From Pseudomonadota bacterium (lineage in GTDB: Bacteria; UBA10199; 2-02-FULL-44-16; JAAZCA01): a stretch of DNA of 64,000 nt. Position numbers and translations under genes: made by a program. The DNA is taken from NCBI GenBank assembly GCA_043798915.1, contig JAZDOG010000020.1, positions 7,281-71,280 of the forward strand, given 5' to 3'. The notes under the pieces are model-generated. The model ran no database searches and was not told the DNA's origin. It saw only the letters and a list, made by a program, of their open reading frames with translations. Positions within the stretch are counted from its first letter, which is position 1. Each line of letters starts with the position of its first letter. Of the stretch, positions 1 to 7,178 are shown in pieces.

Positions 1-525
1 TCGCGGCGAAAGGGTGTCGTCGAGCCGGTGGAGCGCGCCCAGAGAAGAGGCGAAGGCGCGCACGTCATCTATTTCAATTTCATTTTCCTTCAAGAGGCAC
101 GTTTTGAATCCGAGCTTCACGCCTTTGCGGTGAAGGTTCTTCACGGCACTGAACACCTTCTCCCTCGCTCCCCTGACGCCGGCGATTTTTTCGAACGCCG
201 TCCGGCTCATTGCCGGCAGCGTGATGTCGATCTTGTTCGGATTCAGGCGGGCGAACTCCCGGGCCGCTCGCGCATCTATCAGCGACCCGTTGGTGTAGAG
301 GATGAGCTGAAAACCCCTCCGTTTCGCGTGCCACATGATATCGAAGATGTCCTCCCTGAGGAGCGGCTCTCCGCCGGTGAACCCCAGATAGAGACAGCCG
401 GCATCGCGGAGCTGGTCCAGAAGGGAGAACACCTCTCCTGTCGAAAGCTCGGGCCGGCGCTTGAACCCTTCCGGCACGTAACAGTGCCCGCAGCGGAAGT
501 TGCAGCGATAGGTGAGTTCGAACAT
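1..525 (-). CDS. Radical SAM enzyme, partial (C-terminus beyond window start). N-terminus reads MFELTYRCNFRCGHCYVPEG... with a CxxxCxxC cluster.
   Basis: Manual reverse-complement translation of nt ~525->1 gives an uninterrupted frame with a canonical rSAM 4Fe-4S motif CNFRCGHC near the N-terminus and a GGE-like 'GFTGGEPLL' SAM-binding motif. Absent from the ORF track because it runs off the edge. G-rich SD (GAGGAGGGG) lies upstream. Start coordinate +/-3 nt. Confidence 0.65.
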   Translation of the reverse strand, partial: MFELTYRCNFRCGHCYVPEGFKRRPELSTGEVFSLLDQLRDAGCLYLGFTGGEPLLREDIFDIMWHAKRRGFQLILYTNGSLIDARAAREFARLNPNKIDITLPAMSRTAFEKIAGVRGAREKVFSAVKNLHRKGVKLGFKTCLLKENEIEIDDVRAFASSLGALHRLDDTLSPR

Positions 526-580
526 CACCCGGAGCGGGATGCCCCTCCTCGCCGCGCCCTCGCGGAGGCGGGCGTGGAAG

Positions 581-1678
581 TTATGATACGATCGATGGAT
601 CATTCATGCGCCGGAACGCCTTCTCCGCCATCCCGCAATAATAGGCTGCAGGGGCCTCCTCGTCGCCGGTCTCCAGAAAAGATGTGGCCGGGCAGATGCC
701 GCAGAGGGGCCTGAGCCGGCAGCTGCGGCATCTGGATTTCGTTTTGAATTTTTCCTTCAGGAGTTTCGGAAACTCCTCGTAGAAACCCTGCCGAAAGGGC
801 ACCTGCTTCAGATCGACGCCGAACCTCCTGGTCAGGGGGCACATCTTCAAAAAGCCAAAAGGGTCTATCGTGAACCCCGTCTTCCATTTCTCGCAATGAT
901 AAAGATGCTCCCTGTCCTTGTCCTTCGCCGGCCTGCGTGCCCTCTTCCCGGAGGGTGCCCCCTCACAATATTTTTTCCACATATCCTTATCCTGCCTCCT
1001 GACATCCTCGATCTCTTCGAACGTGAGTCTCAATTTCGTCGGCGCGAGGTCGCCGTTGAGCCTCGGCAAGATCATGGGGTCGTACTGGAAGCGATGTTTT
1101 TTCCGGTCCGGCGCGCCGGGGAGCCCATCGGCGAACGCCTTGATCCTTCCGATCTGATGCTGGTTCTGTTTCATGCAGTTCGTCTTGATCATGAAGGGAA
1201 TCTTTTCGTCGAAGAGCCTCCCGATGTTTCTCATCGTGCGCGCAAACGAGCCCTTCACCTGCGTGATCTCCTCGTAGACGTCCGCGGTGATGCCGTTGAG
1301 CGTTATCTCGACGGACTCCGGGGGGGAGGCGGCGAGATGGGAGATGATTCTTTCAGTCAGGGCATGCGCGCCGGTGTAGATGGTGACGATGAATCCCTTC
1401 CTCCTGGCGTAGTCGTAGAGCTCCAGGAAATCGGGCCTCACGAGGGGGTCGCCGCCGGTGAAGACGAGCCAGAGGCAGCCCTCCTCGCGGAGCCCATCGA
1501 GGATCTCTTTCCAGCCTTTGGCGGGGAGCTCCCGTTTTCTGTCCTCGCTGCCCTTGCAGAAGCAATGTATGCAGTTGAGGTCGCAGCTGTAGGTCAAACT
1601 GATATATCCCTTGAGCGGGGCGCGCTTCTTCTTGCGGTGTACCCAATCGCAAAAATAGACATGGCTGCGGTTCTTCAT
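581..1678 (-). CDS. Radical SAM/SPASM-domain peptide-modifying enzyme (maturase-like)
   Basis: Track ORF 581..1699 begins at TTG; the likelier ATG is at 1678 (MKNRSHVYFCDW..., GGAG 7 nt upstream). CxxxCxxC = CDLNCIHC. C-terminal Cys-rich SPASM-like region CRSCRLRPLCGICPA. 'VFTGGDPL' SAM motif. Confidence 0.8.
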   Translation of the reverse strand: MKNRSHVYFCDWVHRKKKRAPLKGYISLTYSCDLNCIHCFCKGSEDRKRELPAKGWKEILDGLREEGCLWLVFTGGDPLVRPDFLELYDYARRKGFIVTIYTGAHALTERIISHLAASPPESVEITLNGITADVYEEITQVKGSFARTMRNIGRLFDEKIPFMIKTNCMKQNQHQIGRIKAFADGLPGAPDRKKHRFQYDPMILPRLNGDLAPTKLRLTFEEIEDVRRQDKDMWKKYCEGAPSGKRARRPAKDKDREHLYHCEKWKTGFTIDPFGFLKMCPLTRRFGVDLKQVPFRQGFYEEFPKLLKEKFKTKSRCRSCRLRPLCGICPATSFLETGDEEAPAAYYCGMAEKAFRRMNDPSIVS

Positions 1679-1726
1679 CAGAGACTCCGGGAAGAGCAAT
1701 ACGGAAGGTCAATGCCTTGGTAAGGC

Positions 1727-1930
1727 TCAGCTAGTTGCAGCATACCAGACGGGTTCTACACACATACCTATCGCCGTAAACTTCTCGTAGGGCGTCCAGC
1801 AAGAGGAGCTTTCGTTCCAGTATTGACCCCCGTAAACTGGGTCGCTCATACAGTTGCATTCCAGCACTGCCTGCTCGGGGTTGAGCTCCACGCGGGTGAC
1901 CACCGGCCTGAATTTCGGTTTCTTGGGCAT
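1727..1930 (-). CDS. Candidate RiPP precursor peptide (67 aa): MPKKPKFRPVVTRVELNPEQAVLECNCMSDPVYGGQYWNESSSCWTPYEKFTAIGMCVEPVWYAATS
   Basis: Small ORF directly upstream of, and co-directional with, the rSAM/SPASM gene (48-nt gap). Very strong SD (AAGGGGGGGAGAT-ATG). Basic, charged N-terminal leader-like half; C-terminal half rich in Cys (4), Trp (3) and Tyr (4). The overlapping alternative-frame ORF 1731..1955 lacks an RBS and context. Confidence 0.5.
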   Translation of the reverse strand: MPKKPKFRPVVTRVELNPEQAVLECNCMSDPVYGGQYWNESSSCWTPYEKFTAIGMCVEPVWYAATS

Positions 1931-1967
1931 ATCTCCCCCCCCTTTTGCAGAACAACTATAATAACTT

Positions 1968-2058
1968 CCCCTCCTTTGTAAGGAGGGGACAGGGGAGGTA
2001 GATCAGCATTGAAACAGCGGTCTACCCCACCCTGACCCTCCCCTTACAAAGGGGAGGG
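1968..2058 (-). promoter_or_regulatory. Pair of near-identical perfect hairpins (CCCCTCCTT-TGT-AAGGAGGGG at ~1968-1988; CCCTCCCCTT-ACA-AAGGGGAGGG at ~2036-2058) in the 136-nt leader between the PqqD-like gene and the precursor peptide
   Basis: Seen directly in the sequence: 9-10-bp GC-rich stems with 3-nt loops. Their C-rich arms are complementary to the G-rich SD (GGGGGGGAG) of the peptide gene. Could act as an intra-operon attenuator/terminator or as SD-sequestering elements. Coordinates +/-2. Confidence 0.45.
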
Positions 2059-2066
2059 AAACGTCA

Positions 2067-2351
2067 CTAAACCAGGACCGCCTTGATCTCCTTTAAGTCC
2101 TTCAGGAGTTTTTTCATCTCCCTCTCCACCTCTTTGGGCGCGGAGCCAAACTCCTTCATGACCTTCTTTCCGATCCCCCCGGCCGTCGTCTTTCCGTCGA
2201 TCATCTCCCAGACCCGCGAGGCCGGTTTGTTGAGCGTGTAGATGCAATTGAGCTCTTCCGAGGTCTTGTAGATGGGCAGGAGGATTGTCTCATCGCCGAT
2301 CACGCGCGAGACCACGTCCGGATTCCTGCGCAGTATGGCGCCTTCACGCAT
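2067..2351 (-). CDS. PqqD-family protein (RiPP recognition element-like), 94 aa
   Basis: Track ORF 2067..2618, internal ATG at 2351 preceded by CAGGAGGGG. Sequence MREGAILRRNPDVVSRVIGDETILLPIYKTSEELNCIYTLNKPASRVWEMIDG... fits the PqqD/RRE pattern (P..v..r.idde.vLl.......y.LN..a..IWe..dG). The upstream 89 codons of the track ORF are G/P-rich low-complexity and probably untranslated. Confidence 0.7.
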   Translation of the reverse strand: MREGAILRRNPDVVSRVIGDETILLPIYKTSEELNCIYTLNKPASRVWEMIDGKTTAGGIGKKVMKEFGSAPKEVEREMKKLLKDLKEIKAVLV

Positions 2352-2440
2352 ATCCCCTCCTGTTGGAATGCCTTCCCCTGAATCCCGTGTATCTGACACG
2401 CGCGTATTTTTCAATAGATTTTTTGCCGGAGAGGTCCCCC

Positions 2441-2842
2441 TTAAGATTTTATCCATTGGTTCAGTCTGACCGCACCCCATATCCCAAGGCGGATCAGGGG
2501 GGCGAATACAACGATGGACCTGTTCACAAACCGATGCGCCCGGCTTGTCAGATTCACGACCGTGCCGTTCTTGAGGATTCCGACCACCTTTCCCAGACAG
2601 CGGTCCGGCGAGACGCATTCAGCGGTCCCGGATGTGTCGCCGCGCGCATAGAGGCGGTAGCCGCTGCCCTCTTTCGCCCTTCGAACGAGCCGGTGACAGA
2701 CGAACTTCTCGCCGGCGCGGTACAGGATGATGTCCCCCACTTTCAGATCACCGATGGGGGCCTCTCTTATTATCAGGCGCTCGCCCTGCTTGATGAACGG
2801 CCACATGCTGAATCCGGCCGTATCGAAGAATGAAACCTCCAT
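2441..2842 (-). CDS. S24/S26-family serine peptidase (signal-peptidase-I / SodX-like), 133 aa; candidate leader peptidase
   Basis: Start ATG at 2842 (MEVSFFDTAGFSMWPF...) with an AGGAGA RBS. A 'SMWP' motif matches the GDSMxP nucleophile box of S24/S26 peptidases. GDIILYR / GKVVGILKNG beta-strand motifs. Confidence 0.55.
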   Translation of the reverse strand: MEVSFFDTAGFSMWPFIKQGERLIIREAPIGDLKVGDIILYRAGEKFVCHRLVRRAKEGSGYRLYARGDTSGTAECVSPDRCLGKVVGILKNGTVVNLTSRAHRFVNRSIVVFAPLIRLGIWGAVRLNQWIKS

Positions 2843-2887
2843 GGAAAATCTCCTGTTTCGGTATTGAATGGTGGTGGGATATATGCC

Positions 2888-2915
2888 TGACATCATGGAC
2901 GTGTCAACTTCAGGA
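2888..2915 (+). repeat. Left copy of an imperfect direct repeat (TGACATCATGGACGTGTCAACTTCAGGA). Together with the upstream atggtggtgggatat it mimics the 5' end of the nucleotidyltransferase gene at 5406.
   Basis: Compare 5456-5483 TGCCGTCATGGATCTGTCAACTTCAGGA (about 25/29 identical). Encoded peptides MVVGYMPDIMDVSTSG vs MVDGYAEIGFYIDNEIPAVMDLSTSG. Flanks the 2.5-kb AlbA_2/ParA insert. Confidence 0.5.
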
Positions 2916-3170
2916 CATAGTGTGTGGGCGCGCCGGTTTGAAAAACCAGGTATTAAATTGTACGCACTTATAGCACTTTTTCAATATAACTACAAATTAG
3001 TTGATATAACCTCAATATTTGCGCTGTTATCACAAGTGAATTTGTGCAATGGTCTTTGTTGTTCTGTAAGTCACCACGATCTGGTATCTGTGCCTATACG
3101 GGTTGAGTTGTCACTTCCATTGAAAGAGTGCTGAGCTGTTACGAAAGACGAAGAAAGGGGGGAAGGGGCT

Positions 3171-4391
3171 ATGGGTTTAAAGATGATCGCCTATACTGAA
3201 CCAGAGATGGAGAAAATGCTCTCTGATCTCGAGACCGATAACGCCGAGCGAAAAGAATCCTTTCGGGGTGATGCGCCGACCAAGGTGCGCGAAGCCGTCT
3301 GTGCGTTTGCCAATGATTTGCCAAACCACGGCAAGCCAGGCATCGTCTTCGTCGGCGCGCGAGACGACGGAAATCCATCAGGGCTTGCGGTGACCGATGA
3401 GCTTCTTCGCCAGCTCGCAGACATCAAGACTGATGGCAACATTGTTCCTCCGCCGACGCTGACTGTTTCGAAACACGTTCTTCAAGGCAAGGAAATGGCG
3501 GTCATAACCGTTTGGCCCTCTGATTCCCCACCCGTGAGCTACAAGGGCCATATTTGCATTCGTATCGGCCCACGCCGTTGCATTGCCTCAGCGCAGGACG
3601 AGCGGCTTTTAAACGAAAAGAGACGGCACGGGGATCGTCCATTTGACGTTCGGGCAGTTCCGTCGTCTGCTCTGACAGATCTGGATCGACGGCGATTTGA
3701 GGAAGAGTACTTGCCTGCCGCCTTTGCATCCGATGTCCTTGCCGCAAACGAGCGCAGTTACGAGCAACGCCTTGCTGCGACCAAAATGGTGGTTGCGGCT
3801 GATGAGCCGACACCCACCGTGCTCGGTCTCCTGGTGCTGAGTGTGCGAACGCGCGATTTCATTCCAGGGGCGTATGTTCAATTTTTGCGGATTGCCGGTC
3901 GGGAGCTCGCCGACCCCGTTTCGGATGAACAAGTGATTGACGGCTCTGTGGTGGATGTGCTCCGACGCATAGATGAAAAACTAAGCTCACATAATCGCAC
4001 CGCGGTAGACCTGACAGGGGGAAGTCTGGAACGGCGCTCTTCCCTTTATCCAATGCCCGCCCTCCAGCAGCTCGTGCGCAATGCAATCATGCACCGAAGC
4101 TACGAAGCGACAAATGCCCCCGTGCGTGTGACATGGTATGACGACCGCATTGAAATCATCAACCCGGGCGGTCCCTATGGAGCTGTTACTAAGGAGAACT
4201 TTGGCCAGCCCGGCGTCAGCGATTACCGCAATCCCAGCCTTGCAGAAGCGCTGCGTGTTCTTGGCTTCGTGCAAAGATTCGGCGTAGGCATTGCCACAGC
4301 GCGCAGGGAACTACAGGCAAACGGGAATCCGTTGCCCGAGTTCGAAGTTACTGCGTCACACGTCGGTGTCACTCTGAGGTCTGCAACATGA
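3171..4391 (+). CDS. ATP-binding protein with AlbA_2 (Schlafen-like 'divergent AAA') N-terminal domain and HATPase_c_4-like C-terminus. Often annotated as RecG-like putative transcriptional regulator.
   Basis: 406-aa ORF. N-terminal region fits the AAA-4/AlbA_2 pattern; C-terminal region 'LVRNAIMHRSY...VRVTWYDDRIEIINPG' resembles HATPase_c_4. GC-richer than its AT-rich flanks. Confidence 0.5.
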   Translation: MGLKMIAYTEPEMEKMLSDLETDNAERKESFRGDAPTKVREAVCAFANDLPNHGKPGIVFVGARDDGNPSGLAVTDELLRQLADIKTDGNIVPPPTLTVSKHVLQGKEMAVITVWPSDSPPVSYKGHICIRIGPRRCIASAQDERLLNEKRRHGDRPFDVRAVPSSALTDLDRRRFEEEYLPAAFASDVLAANERSYEQRLAATKMVVAADEPTPTVLGLLVLSVRTRDFIPGAYVQFLRIAGRELADPVSDEQVIDGSVVDVLRRIDEKLSSHNRTAVDLTGGSLERRSSLYPMPALQQLVRNAIMHRSYEATNAPVRVTWYDDRIEIINPGGPYGAVTKENFGQPGVSDYRNPSLAEALRVLGFVQRFGVGIATARRELQANGNPLPEFEVTASHVGVTLRSAT

Positions 4392-5374
4392 AAACCATCG
4401 CCTTTTTTAACAACAAGGGTGGTGTAGGAAAAACCTCGCTAGTCTACCACCTTGCCTGGATGTACGCTGATCTCGGCCTCAGTGTGATCGCGGCGGATCT
4501 TGACCCACAAGCCAATCTCACTACCATGTTCCTGGACGAGGACGCCCTCGAAGCGCTCTGGCCGGAGGGAATGCCAGGACGGACTATTCTCGCCCCGCTG
4601 CTGCCGCTTTTGGAGGGAAGAGGTGGAATAGAGGAACCACATGTCGAGGACATCGCTGGCATAGGGCTCGTAGCCGGAGATCTTGCGCTTTCCGGATTCG
4701 AAGACGAACTGAGCCAACGATGGCCATACTGCCTTGAAGGCGATGCCCGAGCCTTCCGAGTAATAGGTGCGTTCCATCAGGTAATTGCGCTAGCAGCACA
4801 ACGTCGCGCGGCCGACGTCGTTCTAATCGACGTTGGTCCAAATCTCGGCGCGATCAACCGCGCAGCCTTGATTGCTGCCGATCATGTAGCAATTCCCCTC
4901 GCTCCGGATCTTTTTTCTCTCAAGGGACTTCAAAACCTTGGGCCCCGCTTGCGGGAGTGGCGTAAGGGATGGACAGAGCGCCTTAAAAAGTCTCCTGTTG
5001 GATTGGAGTTGCCTCAAGGGCACATGGCTCCGCTGGGCTATGTCGTAATGCAGCATGCAGTTCGTCTCGATAGACCTGTGAAGGCTTATGATAAGTGGAT
5101 GGTGCGAATCCCAAACGTGTACCGTGAGGCGGTTCTTGCGGAGGTAAAGACCCAGACAGATGTCGCTATCAACCGAGATCCTTACTGTTTGTCCACATTG
5201 AAACACTATAGAAGCCTTATGCCTCTCGCCCAAGAAGCACACAAACCCATGTTTTCGCTAAAAGCCGCCGACGGAGCGATCGGCGCTCATGCAAAATCTG
5301 TCCAAGACTGCTATCGTGATTTTCGTGAGCTTGCTATCGAAATTGCAAAACGGGCTGGAGTCACATTGCCGTAA
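4388..5374 (+). CDS. ParA/MinD-family P-loop ATPase
   Basis: Deviant Walker A 'FFNNKGGVGKTS' at the N-terminus; 'DLDPQANLT'; 4-nt overlap (ATGA) with the upstream gene suggests translational coupling. Confidence 0.8.
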   Translation: MKTIAFFNNKGGVGKTSLVYHLAWMYADLGLSVIAADLDPQANLTTMFLDEDALEALWPEGMPGRTILAPLLPLLEGRGGIEEPHVEDIAGIGLVAGDLALSGFEDELSQRWPYCLEGDARAFRVIGAFHQVIALAAQRRAADVVLIDVGPNLGAINRAALIAADHVAIPLAPDLFSLKGLQNLGPRLREWRKGWTERLKKSPVGLELPQGHMAPLGYVVMQHAVRLDRPVKAYDKWMVRIPNVYREAVLAEVKTQTDVAINRDPYCLSTLKHYRSLMPLAQEAHKPMFSLKAADGAIGAHAKSVQDCYRDFRELAIEIAKRAGVTLP

Positions 5375-5405
5375 TGGGGGTTAGCTTACGAACGGGAACG
5401 GTTGT

Positions 5406-6500
5406 TTGGTGGATGGCTATGCAGAAATAGGTTTTTACATTGATAATGAGATACCTGCCGTCATGGATCTGTCAACTTCAGGATGCGATTGGAACTCTGT
5501 CGTTGAACATGCCATCGAAAACGGCACGGCGACGCTCCTGTTTTCCCAATTGGCCTCGAAAGGGTTTCATGGCATGCCGCCGGCGGTCGTAGACCGCTTG
5601 AGGAAAATTTACTTATCCACGCTCATCAGCAACCGGAGGATGATGGCCGATGCGGCCCATGCCGTGCAGCTGCTCGAAAACGGCGGCGTCAAGACTGTGC
5701 TCATAAAGGGGATGGCGATGCTGGCGGACGTCTATGAGGACGCCGCGCTGCGCCGGACCTCGGACGCCGATATCCTCATCCATTTTGAAGACCTGGATAG
5801 AGCGAAGAAGATTCTCATGTCCGACGGCTTTGCCTGCGATCCCTTGGCCGACAAGTCGTCCTTTGCGAACGAGCTGGGTTTTGGAAGAAAAAACACAGTC
5901 TTCGTTGAGGTCAGATGGGACATGTGTCATCACGACCGCTTCCGGTTCTGCAACCGCTTCAGCATGGGGGGCATCTTCACGGGCGCCGCCGCCGCCGATC
6001 TCAATGGCGCCGCCGTAAAGATTCCCTCCCCGGAATATCAATTGCTCATCGCCGCCTTTCACCAATCGTTTGTCCACCATTTTGAAAAAAAGATGTGGCT
6101 GTATGATATCGTGGCGATCGCTGACCGCTACGGCAAGGACTTGAGCTGGGAGAGAGTCGTGCAGCTCTCAGAAACCTGCGGAATGCGGCGCGCCCTCGCG
6201 TACACGTTCCTTCGCGCGCGCCGGGAGTTCAATTTCAGCATGAAGCTTCCGCTGGAGATATCGCGCCTCCGGGTCCGCCTGCTGGATGCCTGCTCGCGCC
6301 GCCGTTACGGTTTTCTTGTGGAACTTCTCCTGCTGGACTGCCTGAAAGATCTCCTTCTCTATGCCGCGGGCGTCCTCTGGCCTTCCGACGGCTGGCTCAA
6401 ACACCACTACCGGACTTCGTCGACCAGACCCTGGCGCTTTCTGCATCCCTTTCTGGTCGCAGCGGGCGCCATCAAAAAAATCCTCGGGATATGGAGTTGA
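5406..6500 (+). CDS. Nucleotidyltransferase-family protein (NTP_transf_5-like, 'uncharacterised nucleotidyltransferase')
   Basis: 364-aa ORF. The track start is TTG; an in-frame ATG (MDLSTSG...) lies at 5463. Central 'TSDADILI...D' region is consistent with the nucleotidyltransferase fold of PF14907-like proteins. Confidence 0.5.
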   Translation: MVDGYAEIGFYIDNEIPAVMDLSTSGCDWNSVVEHAIENGTATLLFSQLASKGFHGMPPAVVDRLRKIYLSTLISNRRMMADAAHAVQLLENGGVKTVLIKGMAMLADVYEDAALRRTSDADILIHFEDLDRAKKILMSDGFACDPLADKSSFANELGFGRKNTVFVEVRWDMCHHDRFRFCNRFSMGGIFTGAAAADLNGAAVKIPSPEYQLLIAAFHQSFVHHFEKKMWLYDIVAIADRYGKDLSWERVVQLSETCGMRRALAYTFLRARREFNFSMKLPLEISRLRVRLLDACSRRRYGFLVELLLLDCLKDLLLYAAGVLWPSDGWLKHHYRTSSTRPWRFLHPFLVAAGAIKKILGIWS

Positions 6501-6503
6501 TGC

Positions 6504-7124
6504 ATGCTATATCAAAGAATATTGAGAAACCTTGCGCAGCTGGCGCAGGGCAAAATCAAGGCGCGAAAAATCCCTTCGAAGATAACCAATTTTATTCTCA
6601 GCTATAGTGAATCGCTCAGGCAGATCAAGAGAAGCAGATTCGCTATCGACGGCGTGATATTCAGGCCCGTTGAACCAAATGACGGATCGCGCTACGCCGA
6701 GTTTTTGCGCAATTATTATTTTCAGGAAGACATGCCTTACACAGGCGAGGCGGTAGCGGTCCCACATTGCAATGCGGAATACTTTTATCACGTCGCCGTG
6801 TATCAAAACAAGATCGTAGGAGGGGTGGGGATGGGCAGAATCCCGTCTGACACCGTTGACCTTTGGCGTATGGGAGGGTTGTCTGTTTTGCGTGATTTGC
6901 GCGGATACGGGATTGGCGAAAGGTTGCTGAAAACAGCAATTTCTGCCGTCGGGGAGGGGGACGCCATCATATTTCTCAATGTGGATAAAAATAATATGCC
7001 GGCGGTGAAATTATATAAGAAAGCCGGGTTTCATATGGCCGGCGGGCGGGAAAAAACCGTGATAAAAGATATCGGATACGCGCCGGGGAAAATAAGCATG
7101 GTGTTGGGGCGCATCCTCAATTGA
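6504..7124 (+). CDS. GNAT-family N-acetyltransferase
   Basis: Motif A-like 'RGYGIGERLLKTAI' and C-terminal 'LYKKAGF' typical of Acetyltransf_1. Confidence 0.7.
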   Translation: MLYQRILRNLAQLAQGKIKARKIPSKITNFILSYSESLRQIKRSRFAIDGVIFRPVEPNDGSRYAEFLRNYYFQEDMPYTGEAVAVPHCNAEYFYHVAVYQNKIVGGVGMGRIPSDTVDLWRMGGLSVLRDLRGYGIGERLLKTAISAVGEGDAIIFLNVDKNNMPAVKLYKKAGFHMAGGREKTVIKDIGYAPGKISMVLGRILN

Positions 7125-7178
7125 TATGCTGCCATTGACGAGGATGGCGTAGTGTTTTTTTATGAGTTTCATGGGAAT

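Noticed and set aside
28-1723. Long plus-strand ORFs (28..714, 896..1723) and nested minus-strand ORFs (600..896, 1353..1712) over the rSAM genes
   Set aside because: They are mirror or alternate frames of well-supported minus-strand radical-SAM genes. They give low-complexity, Arg/Pro/Gly-rich translations with no motifs and no RBS.
1731-1955. Alternative 74-aa minus-strand ORF overlapping the candidate precursor peptide in another frame
   Set aside because: No SD ahead of it and an Arg/Gly-rich composition. The 67-aa frame has a perfect SD and a leader/core-like organisation.
2868-3134. 88-aa plus-strand ORF in the AT-rich spacer
   Set aside because: Only its first ~16 codons are meaningful, as a duplicated 5' fragment of the nucleotidyltransferase gene. 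The rest is AT-rich low-complexity promoter DNA. Treated as a repeat or pseudo-fragment, not a gene.
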